Positions 10,500 to 21,846 of a stretch of 64,000 bases of DNA are shown piece by piece. Location: the NCBI GenBank assembly GCA_963758495.1, contig CAVWVI010000003.1:128001-192000 (forward strand). The letters are read 5' to 3'. The notes beneath the pieces are model-generated. The model did not search any database. It was not told the DNA's origin and worked only from the letters and a program-made list of their open reading frames with translations. The translations under genes were made by a program, and so were the position numbers. Positions within the stretch are counted from its first letter, which is position 1; every line of letters starts with the position of its first letter. This DNA is from Oligoflexia bacterium (GTDB lineage Bacteria; Bdellovibrionota; UBA1018).

Positions 10500-11313
10500 G
10501 CGTATTCACCCACCGTGCTTCAATTGAGTGAGGATGATGATCCACAAGTTCTTTAAGCCAAAACTGAGTCTTGATTTCTTTATGCAGACGTCTTGCAACT
10601 AATGCATTCCATAGCCGCGCTTGCGCTTGGTATTGAATCGTATCTGGACGTTCGGGCGCCTTGAGCACTTCATCAAAGTAGGCATTCGCCAAAACAAAAT
10701 TATCAATACGATACCAAGCGATTCCTGTAATAAGGAAATTCTTTGCGGTTCTGTACACCTCATTTTCTTCTAACCCTGTGAGTGAAGTAAAAATAACCGC
10801 CGCTTTTTCATCTTCATTGGCCTGGAGATAAGCTTCCCCCAACGAATAAAGTTGAGAAGGAAGAAGCTGCAAAGGTAATTTATATTTAATTCCTGCTAAA
10901 GTCCTACCTACCTTCGCTCCTGTTTCCTCGCTTAATTTCATTTCATATTTTTCAGTAGATTTTTCTCCCTTTTGAACGAGATTATCGAATCGAAGGGCCT
11001 CTAAAGTTAATTTTAAGTGTGCGTTTTCTAATTGTAATTTTTCATTTTCCTCGTAAGCATGCCGGAGTTCATCAGCCTTTTGCTGAACACGCGCCCAAGC
11101 CCCACTATAAGTCTCTATAAGATTTGAAATCGACCATCGACTCGCTAATGTATGAGCGACGAATCGACCATGATGCCCCACAGTAGGCATCAATTTAGGC
11201 AATAGAAACAAGGCTATTGGCAAGCTCACACCGGCTAATATCAACAGAGAAGGCATTCGTTTAATAATCGGACTTTTTGGATTCATCCCAATGCTCTGAT
11301 CGGAATTGTCCAA
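10465..11313 (-). CDS. membrane-anchored coiled-coil/TPR protein
   Basis: N-terminal TM, coiled coil, TPR-like helices ending LVDHHPHS. Confidence 0.6.
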   Translation of the reverse strand: MDNSDQSIGMNPKSPIIKRMPSLLILAGVSLPIALFLLPKLMPTVGHHGRFVAHTLASRWSISNLIETYSGAWARVQQKADELRHAYEENEKLQLENAHLKLTLEALRFDNLVQKGEKSTEKYEMKLSEETGAKVGRTLAGIKYKLPLQLLPSQLYSLGEAYLQANEDEKAAVIFTSLTGLEENEVYRTAKNFLITGIAWYRIDNFVLANAYFDEVLKAPERPDTIQYQAQARLWNALVARRLHKEIKTQFWLKELVDHHPHSIEARWVNTREVQNATASEL

Positions 11314-11384
11314 TAAAACTTAAGGCTGATCCCTCCTCTTTCCTCCTTTTTCATGGTACATTAAGTCAAAAGAGGCCATGAACG

Positions 11385-13151
11385 ATGGAACGTTTTGCAA
11401 AACTAGCGACACAAGCTCTCAATCAAGTTTTAGAATCTCCTATTCAGGTTACGGACTTAGAGATCCCACCTGATTCTAAGCTAGGAGACTTCGCGTTTCC
11501 TTGTTTTAAACTTTCCAAACAATTCAAAAAATCACCCGCCCAAGTTTCTCAGCAAATCGTTTCAGATTTAAATACAAAAGAAGCAATTCCTCAGGGGTTT
11601 TCTGTAGCCTCCGTGGGTCCTTACGTCAACTTCACGGTTCCCCCACAAAATGTGTTCAAGTCTTTATTAGGAGACATCTTAGCCGGAGAACAGCTTGGCA
11701 ACTATGGCAGCTTGACTGCCCAAACGCGTGGGACTTGGGTACTTGAATACAGCTCTCCTAATGTCGCGAAGCCTTTAAATATTTATCATTTGAGACCCAC
11801 CGCCCTGGGCGCTGCGTTAGACCGTATTGGGCGGTACCGAGGCTATTCCGTTATTTCTATCAATCACTTAGGAGATTGGGGGAAGCAATATGGGATGCTC
11901 ACTGTAGCATTTAGAATCTTCGGTAAGACTCTGGAGAGTGATCTCTCTTTGATGGACTTAGTTGATTTGTATGTGAAGATCAATGCGCTTGCTGAGAAGG
12001 ACCCTCAAATCGAAGAAGAAGCCAAACAAGCCTTTTTGAAACTCGAACAAGGCGATCCCGCCATTACGGCTCTCTGGCAAAAATGTGTGGATATTTCGAT
12101 CCGAGAATTTAACAAAAACTATAATCGACTGGGTGTACACTTTGATCATATCTGGGGTGAGAGCTTCTATAAAGAGCAACTCAATCCTCTCTTAGAAGAT
12201 TTGCGAAAAAGAGGACTCTTAGTCGAAAGTGAAGGTGCTCAAGTCGTTCCTGTTACCGATGAAGAAGGGAAAGAGCTTCCGCCGTGTATTTTGCAAAAAA
12301 GTGATGGTGCCACGATCTATGCCACTCGCGATGTCGCTGCAGCAATCTACCGTTACAATCAATTCCACTTTGATCGAATGACCTACATTGTAGGGGGCGA
12401 GCAAAGACTGCATTTCAAACAAGTTTTTGGAGTGCTTAAAAAAATGGATTTAAAATGGGTCGATCGATGCGAACATGTTCCATCAGGTCTTTATCGATTT
12501 AAAGATTCAAAGATGTCGACTCGAAAAGGGAACTTCATTACTTTGGAAGAGGTTTTAGGTCTGGCAAAGGAACGAGTCACAACGCTCATGCTCGACCGAG
12601 AAAAAGCAAGACCTTCGAACCACACTGCCGAAAAACCTGATCCAAGTGAATTCGAAAAGATCACAGAGGCGGTTGCGGTGGGTGCTGTTGTCTTTCACGA
12701 TCTCCACACTGATCCTGCACGAGATGTGGAATTTGACTTAGAACGAGTTGTTGATTTCGAAGGGGAAACGGGGCCCTATTTACAATATGCGCATACCCGC
12801 TGCCTCAGTATTTTAAGAAAGGCGCAAGACTCTCAGGAACTTAAAAATGAAGTTCAATATATTGAAAATCTAGTTCAGCATTTGAAATCTCCTGAGGAAT
12901 TGAACTTACTAAAAACCTTAGGGCAATTCCCTCTTCATTTAGAGAGAACCCTTAAATTTGCGAAAGCGAGTCAGCTTGCGCATTATTTAATTGATGTGAC
13001 GAAAGCTTTTGGCTCATTTTATCGTGAATGCCAAGTGCTCGGAAATGCTCCTGAACTCACCCAAGCGCGACTCATGTTAGTCGAAGCAACTCGACGTATT
13101 TTAGCGAGAGGTCTGAGTTTGCTAGGAATTCCTCTTCCATCACGAATGTAG
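11385..13151 (+). CDS. argS: arginyl-tRNA synthetase
   Basis: EYSSPNVAKP, NHLGDWGKQ, KSDGATIYATRD, KMSTRKG, GETGPYLQYAH, terminal PSRM. Confidence 0.96.
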   Translation: MERFAKLATQALNQVLESPIQVTDLEIPPDSKLGDFAFPCFKLSKQFKKSPAQVSQQIVSDLNTKEAIPQGFSVASVGPYVNFTVPPQNVFKSLLGDILAGEQLGNYGSLTAQTRGTWVLEYSSPNVAKPLNIYHLRPTALGAALDRIGRYRGYSVISINHLGDWGKQYGMLTVAFRIFGKTLESDLSLMDLVDLYVKINALAEKDPQIEEEAKQAFLKLEQGDPAITALWQKCVDISIREFNKNYNRLGVHFDHIWGESFYKEQLNPLLEDLRKRGLLVESEGAQVVPVTDEEGKELPPCILQKSDGATIYATRDVAAAIYRYNQFHFDRMTYIVGGEQRLHFKQVFGVLKKMDLKWVDRCEHVPSGLYRFKDSKMSTRKGNFITLEEVLGLAKERVTTLMLDREKARPSNHTAEKPDPSEFEKITEAVAVGAVVFHDLHTDPARDVEFDLERVVDFEGETGPYLQYAHTRCLSILRKAQDSQELKNEVQYIENLVQHLKSPEELNLLKTLGQFPLHLERTLKFAKASQLAHYLIDVTKAFGSFYRECQVLGNAPELTQARLMLVEATRRILARGLSLLGIPLPSRM

Positions 13152-13168
13152 TTCAAATCATAGCGGTT

Positions 13169-14335
13169 TTAATTTTGAAAAATTTTATGAGGATTATGCT
13201 CCCCAACCCACTGCCTCAATTCACAGCGAGATTTTCCGTCTTTAATCCGAATATAAGCAAATGTTAAACAGAACTGTTGCCCTAAACTCCGCCAATCCAG
13301 ATTAATCATTTTTGTCCAAGTTCCAGTGTTGATATATTGCTTCCCATCTGGGTAGACTTTATTCATAGGTTTGTGTGTATGCCCAAAAATCACAGTTCGG
13401 ACTTCCGCTTCCTGATCCAGCAACTTACGCGCTTGCCTCTCTAAATCTAACAAAAAATCGGTTTCCTGCTTGAGAATTTCCGCAGTGACCTTAAGACTCG
13501 AATGACGTCTAGGACTATAAACAAACCGGGTTTTTAAGAAATAAAAAATCGATAAAGCCGCAAATTTAATAGTAAACCAAGGATCGAATATCATTCCAAA
13601 CAATACAAAGACTTTAACAGGACGTACTTTATCAATGAACTCCCGTTCCCATTTCAATCGGTTTAAAATTTTTAGAACGTAAAAACTTCCCCAGGGAATA
13701 TTGAGCACCGGCTTATCCAAATAACTTTTCAAAACAGGCATGTTAAAATTTAAAACATGCACTGCTTCGAACTGATTCCCATGGTGAATTTCAACCCCCC
13801 CCTCATAACGAACTCGATCCCGGTCCGCAATCAGAATAACTTTATCGCTAGGGTACTGCCCATTCGGATCCCACTCACGAGTGATTCTTTCTCGTACCTT
13901 TGGAAAAAATAAATCAGCATCATGATTACCGATCAGGTAGGTAATTTTTCTATTGGGAATTGATACAAACCGCCTCAAGGCTTCCATGACCTCAGGATGA
14001 CCGGCGATAATAGCTTCCAGCTTAAACATAGAAAGCTCTTCGGTAATGGCATCCTCAAACTCCCCATGAAAAGGAACATTTAAAAAGTCCAAATAATCAC
14101 CATTGATAAATAACTCAATCTCACTCGGACTGTTCGTTGCCGTGGGCGAATACTCTCCCGTCGAAAAATAATCAAAGAAATCACACATTTCTTTGTCGAA
14201 TTTGAAATCTTCATGCACATTCAGCCGCCCTTCAAAAAAGCGCCCTGCTGAAAGATGACAATCACTAATGACTATTTTTAGTTTCTCTCGATCTGACATG
14301 ATTATTTTCAAGTATACCTCATATGAGGATTTCAT
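13169..14335 (-). CDS. calcineurin-like metallophosphoesterase
   Basis: ISDCH, NGDYLD, GNHD, HHG and FGHTH motifs. Confidence 0.88.
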   Translation of the reverse strand: MKSSYEVYLKIIMSDREKLKIVISDCHLSAGRFFEGRLNVHEDFKFDKEMCDFFDYFSTGEYSPTATNSPSEIELFINGDYLDFLNVPFHGEFEDAITEELSMFKLEAIIAGHPEVMEALRRFVSIPNRKITYLIGNHDADLFFPKVRERITREWDPNGQYPSDKVILIADRDRVRYEGGVEIHHGNQFEAVHVLNFNMPVLKSYLDKPVLNIPWGSFYVLKILNRLKWEREFIDKVRPVKVFVLFGMIFDPWFTIKFAALSIFYFLKTRFVYSPRRHSSLKVTAEILKQETDFLLDLERQARKLLDQEAEVRTVIFGHTHKPMNKVYPDGKQYINTGTWTKMINLDWRSLGQQFCLTFAYIRIKDGKSRCELRQWVGEHNPHKIFQN

Positions 14336-14471
14336 CCAGTGGCGGTGACAAGTATCCTAGGTAATACTGACTGACTCTCCACGGACTTTCCCATTCAGCA
14401 TGAGGTGCCTACTTGATAAAAACGATTTGACTTTAAAGCAAAAATCCTTGAGAATGAAATCCGGTTAAATT

Positions 14472-14705
14472 ATGGCAGATCAAGATAAAAAGTGGGCAGA
14501 TAACGTTCCTGGGCAATACTTCGTGGATGAACAATGCATCGATTGTGATGCTTGCCGTACGGAAGCGCCTGATAATTTCACTCGTAATGACGAGCACGGC
14601 TATTCGTACGTATTCAAACAACCAGAAACCCCAGACGAAGAAGTCAAATGCAAAGCAGCATTGGAAGCTTGCCCTGTTGAAGCAATCGGGTCTACAAAAG
14701 CTTAA
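14472..14705 (+). CDS. ferredoxin (single cluster)
   Basis: CIDCDAC...CPVEAIG. Confidence 0.9.
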   Translation: MADQDKKWADNVPGQYFVDEQCIDCDACRTEAPDNFTRNDEHGYSYVFKQPETPDEEVKCKAALEACPVEAIGSTKA

Positions 14706-14799
14706 TGCGTAACTGATTCATCATTCAGTTCATTGAATAGATGAATAAAAGAGGGTGAACCCTTACCCAAAGGCCCCCCCCCCATCTAAATTACTCCTC

Positions 14800-15018
14800 T
14801 TACGATCCTACTTTAGCAAGTTCGGAAATGCCTTTTTTAATTGCTCTTTTAATTACTCCACCCCTTCGTCCAGAAGTAGACTTAGGAGCTGTCGTACTTG
14901 CAGTAGCACGTTTGCGCCGAGCTGGAGCTGTCTTAAGACCTGCACGCTTACGCCCAGATGCAGTTTTTGCAGCCGATTTCTTTGTAGTTCCACGAGATAA
15001 ACGTTTTTGAGTTGCCAT
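14800..15018 (-). CDS. small basic Lys/Arg/Ala-rich protein
   Basis: AGGAGA RBS upstream; strongly basic composition. Confidence 0.6.
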   Translation of the reverse strand: MATQKRLSRGTTKKSAAKTASGRKRAGLKTAPARRKRATASTTAPKSTSGRRGGVIKRAIKKGISELAKVGS

Positions 15019-15140
15019 TTCGAGATCTCCTTTTCACAAAGAGTCACATTTGCAATCCATGGGCCGGCTCAAAAAAGTATTTTTACTTTGAGAAATGAAT
15101 CGTCCTTCACTCTCAAATCTTTGACTTTCCTATCAAAAAT

Positions 15141-16253
15141 TTAATTAAATTTCCCAATCTGAACGATCTGTGACGGATCGATTCCTTCATTCGCTAAAAT
15201 TGAAGTTTGTTGCGCTATCTTCCGAGCTAAATCTCGGAACAGAATGGAAACCTCAGACTGAGGGTCCCGAACTACTGCAGGACGACCTTCATCTCCACCT
15301 TCTCGCACACTTTGTACTATCGGAAGCTGCCCCAAAAGCTCTGTATTAAACTTCTTCGCTAGGAGTTTCCCGCCGTTTTCTCCAAATAAGAAATGGCGCT
15401 TTTCGCAACCATCACATTTAAAATAACTCATATTCTCGACCACACCCATGATCGGAATCCTCACTTTTTCGAACATATGAAATGCTTTTCTTACATCTTG
15501 CATGGATACTTCTTGCGGAGTAGTAACCAGCACAGCCCCCGTCACAGGCACAAGCTGAGCCAATGAAAGCTGAACATCACCTGTTCCAGGAGGCATATCT
15601 ACGATGAGATAATCTAAATGACCCCAATCCACTTTATGACAAAATTGGCTCACGACACTGTGAAGCATGGGCCCACGCCAAACCAAAGGCTGATCTCCTT
15701 GAATCAAAAAACCCATGGACATTACCTTTACTCCTTGGGCAACAGGAGGAACAAACACTTCACCCCGTTTAGGATCTTGATAAATCTTGGGTTGATCTGT
15801 CACTCCCATCATGGTGGGAATATTGGGGCCATACACATCAGCATCCATTAACCCAACACGGGCTCCTTCCATTGCAAGTGAAGTTGCAAGATTCACGGCA
15901 ACCGTGCTTTTACCAACCCCTCCTTTACCACTGGAGACCGCAATAATATGGCTTACACCTTCAATTTTAAGAGTTGGGTTATTACCCGATCGCTTAGCCC
16001 TCACTTCAGAATCTATTTTTAAATCTATTTCCTTTACGCCCGGAACCGACATCACAGCAGTACGACAATCATTTTCAATTTTAGCTTTAAGGGGACAAGC
16101 AGGTGTGGTGAGTACTACCCTAAATGAAACATGCCCACTTTCTTTGACCACAAGATCTCGGATCATATTTAAAGTAACCAAATCTTGTTTCAGATCAGGG
16201 TCCTGAACGGTACGTAAAGCATTTAAAACAGAATCATGAGTAGGTTGTGCCAT
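15141..16253 (-). CDS. mrp: Mrp/ApbC/NBP35 Fe-S cluster carrier ATPase
   Basis: LTTPACP, SGKGGVGKST, WRGPM, DMPPGTGD, CDGC. Confidence 0.95.
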   Translation of the reverse strand: MAQPTHDSVLNALRTVQDPDLKQDLVTLNMIRDLVVKESGHVSFRVVLTTPACPLKAKIENDCRTAVMSVPGVKEIDLKIDSEVRAKRSGNNPTLKIEGVSHIIAVSSGKGGVGKSTVAVNLATSLAMEGARVGLMDADVYGPNIPTMMGVTDQPKIYQDPKRGEVFVPPVAQGVKVMSMGFLIQGDQPLVWRGPMLHSVVSQFCHKVDWGHLDYLIVDMPPGTGDVQLSLAQLVPVTGAVLVTTPQEVSMQDVRKAFHMFEKVRIPIMGVVENMSYFKCDGCEKRHFLFGENGGKLLAKKFNTELLGQLPIVQSVREGGDEGRPAVVRDPQSEVSILFRDLARKIAQQTSILANEGIDPSQIVQIGKFN

Positions 16254-16295
16254 ATGACCCTACTCCTACCAGAGCTTTACAAGGATTGAAATAGT

Positions 16296-16508
16296 TTAGG
16301 ACTCGTCCTTACTTTTAGCCTCTAAAATCTCTAAAATAGAGCATTCACACCCCCCACAACCGGTCGAGGCAAGGGTATCCTCCTGAATATCCTGAAGGGT
16401 TCGACTTCCGCTTTGAATTGAAGCCAAAATGTCAAATAAACAGACACCATGGCAAAAGCAAATCATTTGACTCGTATCGACTGCTGAATTTGTCATAAAA
16501 ATAAGCAC
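16296..16508 (-). CDS. BFD-like [2Fe-2S] protein
   Basis: ICFCHGV ... TGCGGC. Confidence 0.8.
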   Translation of the reverse strand: MLIFMTNSAVDTSQMICFCHGVCLFDILASIQSGSRTLQDIQEDTLASTGCGGCECSILEILEAKSKDES

Positions 16509-16564
16509 TATTTATATCGTGGCTATAGGAAATTTTCCAGGTTTGATTTATACACGTCAAGTAT

Positions 16565-17158
16565 ATGGAACAAAAAGCAGTCCGATCTAGAATAACCAAA
16601 AATATTCGTTCTACACTTCAAGTCCTTGGAGAAGACATCCACCGAGAAGGCCTGGTGTCCACGCCCATGAGATATGCCAAAGCGATGGAATTTCTCACGA
16701 GCGGATATCATAAAGACATCGACCAAATCGTAGGAAATGCCTTATTTAACGAAAATTCGAACGAAATTGTCCTCATCAGGGACATTGAGATGTTTTCACT
16801 TTGTGAACATCATCTTCTGCCCTTTTATGGCAAAGCCCATGTCGCCTATATTCCGAATGGAAAAATCATCGGACTCTCCAAAGTTCCAAGAATCGTTGAT
16901 ATTTTTTCTCGCCGACTCCAAGTTCAAGAACGCCTCACCACTCAAATATCCGAAGAGCTGATGAGGATCTTAAACCCCCTGGGAGTAGCCGTAGTGATTG
17001 AAGCAAATCACCTTTGTATGATGATGCGAGGGGTAGAAAAGCAAAATAGCTATACGATCACCAGCTCCATGCAAGGAGCATTCAGAGACGACCCGACGAC
17101 GCGGAAAGAGCTATTCCATCTTTTAAATGGATTAGGCGGCGGTAGTCAGCGGCGGTAG
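16565..17158 (+). CDS. folE: GTP cyclohydrolase I
   Basis: [35 protein letters not shown]. Confidence 0.97.
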   Translation: MEQKAVRSRITKNIRSTLQVLGEDIHREGLVSTPMRYAKAMEFLTSGYHKDIDQIVGNALFNENSNEIVLIRDIEMFSLCEHHLLPFYGKAHVAYIPNGKIIGLSKVPRIVDIFSRRLQVQERLTTQISEELMRILNPLGVAVVIEANHLCMMMRGVEKQNSYTITSSMQGAFRDDPTTRKELFHLLNGLGGGSQRR

Positions 17159-17865
17159 TCAGCAACGACAGCCTGTGCGGTTGTGAGATCCAGATGATGA
17201 ACGGAGGGTTTGTCCTCACTCCCATCTACCATAAAATCAACGATCTCTGCTCCTAATTTTGTTCTCCAATTGGGGGCTAAACTGACTTGGTCTGCCAGAC
17301 GAGTCATGGTTTCAGGAGTAAACCCGCAGGGCGAAATGAGGTGAAAAGGCTTTAAATCATTGACACAATTGAGAGCCACACCGTGAAAGCTCACCCATTT
17401 TCGCACTGCAATTCCAATGGAAGCAATCTTTTGCGTCCCGATCCAAACTCCCGCGGCATTTTCTTTTCGACTGGCGGATAGCCCCTCAAGAGCAAGAATA
17501 TGGATCATTCCTTCTTCAAGCTTTCGAAGAAACCCAGCCACATCATGATCAGGGGCAAATCCTGAACCATCCAGCTTACAAATAGGATAAACAACGAGCT
17601 GTCCGGGACCATGGTAGGTCAAATCCCCTCCTCTTTCACTCTCTGCAAAACAGAGAGGACGAGGTAAGAATTGAGGAACAGGCATATGTTTAGGTCTAGA
17701 CACACCCGTGAACTGCAATCCCCGTCCACGAGTAATGACCGGCTCGTGTTCGAGCATCAACACTGTATCTGGAATCTGATCTCGAAAACGAAGCTCGACT
17801 AATTCAAGCTGTAAATTTCTAACATCTTCATAGGGAGTGAGCCCATTCAGCGACCAAAACTGCAT
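17146..17865 (-). CDS. lipB: octanoyltransferase
   Basis: [37 protein letters not shown]. Confidence 0.95.
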   Translation of the reverse strand: MQFWSLNGLTPYEDVRNLQLELVELRFRDQIPDTVLMLEHEPVITRGRGLQFTGVSRPKHMPVPQFLPRPLCFAESERGGDLTYHGPGQLVVYPICKLDGSGFAPDHDVAGFLRKLEEGMIHILALEGLSASRKENAAGVWIGTQKIASIGIAVRKWVSFHGVALNCVNDLKPFHLISPCGFTPETMTRLADQVSLAPNWRTKLGAEIVDFMVDGSEDKPSVHHLDLTTAQAVVADYRR

Positions 17866-19346
17866 TAAACCGCTCTTGACTCAGATGGAGAAACAGCGGC
17901 CTTTCGCTGAAAAATATGAATCGCATGACCCAGAGTGGCCTCTGCTGCTTCCATTAATGTCTCTGGAAGAGTTGGATGAGGATGAACCGTGAGCGCCAAG
18001 TCTTCGACATGAGCACCCATTTCCAAGGCCAATGCTGCTTCCGAAATTAAATTCGATGCCTCAGCACCTACAATATGGACTCCTAAGAGCCTGCCCGTTT
18101 TAGCGTCCCCAATCATTTTTACAAAACCATCAGGCTCAGAGACCGAAAGGGCTCGGCCATTTGCTGCATAAGGGAACATCCCCACTTGAATATTTAGATT
18201 TTTCACCTTCGCTTCTGCTTCGGTCATTCCCACTGTTGCAATTTCGGGATCAGTAAAAATAACTGCCGGCATTGCCACCACGTCATAGACTGACTTCTTC
18301 CCACAAATCGCTTCCGCAGCAATGATTCCTTCTTTTGAGCCCTTATGAGCGAGAAGTGGCTGCCCAGCAATATCACCAATTGCATAAATATGAGAAACAG
18401 AAGTCTGGCGCTGTGCATTTACAGCTAAGAAGCCCTTTTCGTCTGTCTTTAAGCCTGCTTTATCCAAGCCAATCGCATCAGAATTAGGGGTCCTTCCAAT
18501 AGTCACGAGGACTGCTTCAAATTCCATCTTTTTCTCAGTGCTGCCTTCTTGAAGAGTCACTTCCACGCTCTGAGATGTTTTCTTCAATCCTTTCACCTGA
18601 GTTTTCAACAGAACGGTAACACCTGCTTTTCCTAATTTACGTGCGACTACTTGGGTCAAATCAGGGTCCACTCCCGCAAGCAAATTCCCTGTAGCTTCAA
18701 CGACAGTGACTTTTGTACCTACTTTTGAATAGAAAGTTCCCAATTCCAAACCAATATACCCGCCGCCAATACAAAGCATGGATTTTGGAATCTTCTGCAT
18801 GCTCAAGGCACCTGTGCTATCCAGTACTTGCTTTTGATCTATTTCAAATCCACGAAGTGAGGTGGGACGAGAACCCGTTGCAATCACGCATTGATTGAAA
18901 TTCAATTGAGTCATACCGGCAGAAGTTTTCACCTCAAGGCTTTTAGGACCTGTAAAACGAGCCTCACCTTGAATGAATTGGCAGCCATTTGCCTTCAGCA
19001 AGGAGGCAACCCCACCTGTCAGCTTTTGCACTACCGATTCTTTCCATTTCATGAGTTTGGGAAAATTGATTTTGGCGCCTTCAATTTCTAACCCGATTTC
19101 ACTCGCGTGAGACATCTTCTCAAAAAGAGTACCGGCATGAATTAAAGCTTTGGATGGAATACAGCCTCGATTCAAACAAACGCCGCCGACCTCCGCCCGA
19201 TCCACCACGGTTACTTTTTTACCGAGTTGAGCAAGACGAATAGCACAAACGTATCCCGCTGGCCCTGCACCTAAAACGACAACATCCACTTGGTTTGACA
19301 TAAATTCCTTAAAAGCTTTCCAATAAAAGAAGACTCGGATTTTCAA
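17865..19346 (-). CDS. lpdA: dihydrolipoyl dehydrogenase E3; start likely MSNQVD
   Basis: GAGPAG, GGVCLNRGCIPSK, HPHPTLPE. Confidence 0.96.
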   Translation of the reverse strand: MKIRVFFYWKAFKEFMSNQVDVVVLGAGPAGYVCAIRLAQLGKKVTVVDRAEVGGVCLNRGCIPSKALIHAGTLFEKMSHASEIGLEIEGAKINFPKLMKWKESVVQKLTGGVASLLKANGCQFIQGEARFTGPKSLEVKTSAGMTQLNFNQCVIATGSRPTSLRGFEIDQKQVLDSTGALSMQKIPKSMLCIGGGYIGLELGTFYSKVGTKVTVVEATGNLLAGVDPDLTQVVARKLGKAGVTVLLKTQVKGLKKTSQSVEVTLQEGSTEKKMEFEAVLVTIGRTPNSDAIGLDKAGLKTDEKGFLAVNAQRQTSVSHIYAIGDIAGQPLLAHKGSKEGIIAAEAICGKKSVYDVVAMPAVIFTDPEIATVGMTEAEAKVKNLNIQVGMFPYAANGRALSVSEPDGFVKMIGDAKTGRLLGVHIVGAEASNLISEAALALEMGAHVEDLALTVHPHPTLPETLMEAAEATLGHAIHIFQRKAAVSPSESRAV

Positions 19347-20574
19347 TATAGTGAATAAAAAGTTTCATAAAATCAGCACCGATTGCCCCATCCACAATCC
19401 GATGATCCAGGGAAATAGAGAAATACGTCCAATCCCGAATGACGATTTCTTCTCGACCTTGAATCGTCTTCACCACAGGTTTACGGAATATTTTATTAAA
19501 ACCCAAAATTGCGACTTCTGGGTAATTGATCACAGGGGTCGCAAAAAGACCGCCAATGGACCCTGCATTCGTCAAAGTAATGGTGCTCCCTTGAAGATCA
19601 TCCATACTGAGACGTTTCGTTCGAGCACGCTCCACAATATTCTGAATATCACGCGCAAGCTCTAATATGGATTTTTGAGCCACATCTTTTACTACGGGAG
19701 CCATCAAACCATCGTCCGTCTGAACAGAAAGTCCTATATTAAAGTAGTGTTTATAAACAATTTCGCTTCTCTCTTCATCAAGACTAGAATTTAAAATGGG
19801 ATACTGTCGAAGAGCCGCGACCATAGCTTTCATGACAAAAGGCAAATAGGTAATTTTAATCCCTTGTTTAGCTCCAATATCCTTGGCTTGATTCCTTAGC
19901 TTCACCAACTCCGTAGCATCTGCTTCTTCAACATAGGTAAAGTGGGCCGCTTTATCTTTTGAAAGCCGCATTTTCTCAGAAATTTTCTTCCTCAATCCTC
20001 GGAATGGAACTCTTTCTTCACCACGGCTCAAGGACCCACGTAAAGTTTGTGTTGAAGAAGTTGAGCGTTCCACTGAATTCAAAGGTGAACTCAAGGGAGC
20101 GAAAGCGCCTCTTGCTTCAACTTTCGTTAAGTCTTCTTTCATGACACGGCCATGGGGACCAGTCCCTTGCAAATGGGTCAAATCAATACCCATCTCACGC
20201 GCCATCCGTCGTGTTGAGGGCGCCGCTAGAACGCGACTTGCAATCCCCCCCTCTGCAGGGATGGAGTGCGCCTCGGCTGCGTGAGTTTTGGCCTGGGATG
20301 CAGGAGTCGATGAAGACACAGAAGGAGTGGTTTCAGTCGAAGTTCCTCCCTCAAGACTCAACATCAACTGACCTACTTTGACGGTTTCGCCTTCTTTCAC
20401 ATGAAGGGTAGCTACTTTTCCTTCCATGGCAGAAGGGATTTCGACAGTGGCCTTATCTGTCATGATTTCACAAAGAGGTTGATCATATTTTACAGAGTCA
20501 CCTGACTTCACTTTCCATTTTACCAACTCACCTTCGTGAACGCCTTCGCCTAATTCTGGAAGTTTAAATTGCAT
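19309..20574 (-). CDS. 2-oxoacid dehydrogenase E2 acyltransferase (one lipoyl domain)
   Basis: TDKAT lipoyl site, E3-binding domain, DHRIVDG. Confidence 0.93.
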   Translation of the reverse strand: MQFKLPELGEGVHEGELVKWKVKSGDSVKYDQPLCEIMTDKATVEIPSAMEGKVATLHVKEGETVKVGQLMLSLEGGTSTETTPSVSSSTPASQAKTHAAEAHSIPAEGGIASRVLAAPSTRRMAREMGIDLTHLQGTGPHGRVMKEDLTKVEARGAFAPLSSPLNSVERSTSSTQTLRGSLSRGEERVPFRGLRKKISEKMRLSKDKAAHFTYVEEADATELVKLRNQAKDIGAKQGIKITYLPFVMKAMVAALRQYPILNSSLDEERSEIVYKHYFNIGLSVQTDDGLMAPVVKDVAQKSILELARDIQNIVERARTKRLSMDDLQGSTITLTNAGSIGGLFATPVINYPEVAILGFNKIFRKPVVKTIQGREEIVIRDWTYFSISLDHRIVDGAIGADFMKLFIHYIENPSLLLLESF

Positions 20575-21595
20575 GGGTCGATCTCCGTTTCTCGATAATT
20601 CCTTTAATAAAAAATTCTCCTGCGCGATAACTTGAACGAACCATGGGTCCAGAAGCTACATACAGAAAGCCTTTGGATTTAGCTTTTTCCCCCAATTCAT
20701 CAAATTCAGCGGGGCTTACATACCGTTCCACAGGAAGATGCTGTAAAGAGGGCCGCAGGTATTGCCCTAAAGTCAGGACATCCACATCGTAACTTCGTAA
20801 GTCATCGAAGGCTTCTCCCAATTCATCTTCCTGTTCACCTAAACCTAGCATAATTGCACTTTTCGTAAACAACTCATCATGCCCAATCGTTTTTGCGTAA
20901 GTCTTTGCGACTCTTAAAGTAGATAAGGATTGAATATAGCCTGCTCTAGGATCTCTCACCCGATATTGTAAACTTTGCACAGTTTCAATATTGTGCGCAT
21001 AGACATCCAAACGAGAATCTACGATGGTCTGTATGGCTTCAAGATCCCCTCTAAAGTCGGGAACCAATGCTTCAACAATGATACTCGGATCCAGACGTTT
21101 AATCTCACGAATGGTCGCCGCAAAATGGCCTGCGCCACCATCTTTTAAATCATCTCGATCTACTGAAGTCAGTACAACGTAATGTAAACCCAAGGCTGCA
21201 ATACTTTCAGAAATCTTATAAGGCTCTTCTGGATCCAAGGGAGGGGGGAGTCGGGCTGTTTTAATAGCACAAAACCGACAAGCCCGAGTGCAAGTATCAC
21301 CCCCTAACATAAAGGTAGCAGTCCCACTGGACCAACACTCGGACACATTCGGACAATGAGCTTCTTCACAAACTGTGTGAAGATTACGCTCTCTCAATAA
21401 CTCTTTAATCTGAAGATAAGATTCTCCGCCCGGAGGACGAATTTTGAGCCACTCTGGCTTACGGGTTGCGAGAATCTGTGCGGCCTTGGAAGGAGAAAGA
21501 GGGCGTGCCACCTTTCGCTTTTCCCGATCAGCATCCTGATTCGTTTCTCCACAGGCTTTCGGCTCTAAAACCGGTAACTCAAGAAATATACTCAT
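20564..21595 (-). CDS. lipA: lipoyl synthase
   Basis: [24 protein letters not shown]. Confidence 0.97.
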   Translation of the reverse strand: MSIFLELPVLEPKACGETNQDADREKRKVARPLSPSKAAQILATRKPEWLKIRPPGGESYLQIKELLRERNLHTVCEEAHCPNVSECWSSGTATFMLGGDTCTRACRFCAIKTARLPPPLDPEEPYKISESIAALGLHYVVLTSVDRDDLKDGGAGHFAATIREIKRLDPSIIVEALVPDFRGDLEAIQTIVDSRLDVYAHNIETVQSLQYRVRDPRAGYIQSLSTLRVAKTYAKTIGHDELFTKSAIMLGLGEQEDELGEAFDDLRSYDVDVLTLGQYLRPSLQHLPVERYVSPAEFDELGEKAKSKGFLYVASGPMVRSSYRAGEFFIKGIIEKRRSTHAI

Positions 21596-21607
21596 GGTTG
21601 TAGGTTG

Positions 21608-21636
21608 GTTATAGTGCTGTCACTCCCCCTTCGCAA
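21608..21636 (-). promoter_or_regulatory. sigma70-like promoter of the lipA operon
   Basis: TTGCGA-17 nt-TATAAC on the minus strand, 12 nt before the lipA ATG. Confidence 0.6.
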
Positions 21637-21638
21637 TG

Positions 21639-21720
21639 AAAAAAGCCCCCCGAGTTTACCGGGGGGCTCTGAGAGAGAGGAGTAGTATGAGCCGCTTCCT
21701 GCGGACAAGGGAATCATCTG
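21639..21720 (-). ncRNA. candidate ~80-nt small RNA with an intrinsic terminator
   Basis: CCGC-AGGAA-GCGG hairpin, CU-rich tract, AGCCCCCCG/CGGGGGGCT stem plus U6; upstream TTGACG-16-CATCTT. Confidence 0.5.
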
Positions 21721-21846
21721 CACTTAAGATGCCAACCTACTCAAAGGCGTCAACCTACAGCAATCAGCCGAAAAAAAACTGAAAACACGATTTCAGACGA
21801 GAAAAAACAGGGCTTTTCGCAAACAACAGGGAGCTTCCAGGGCAAT

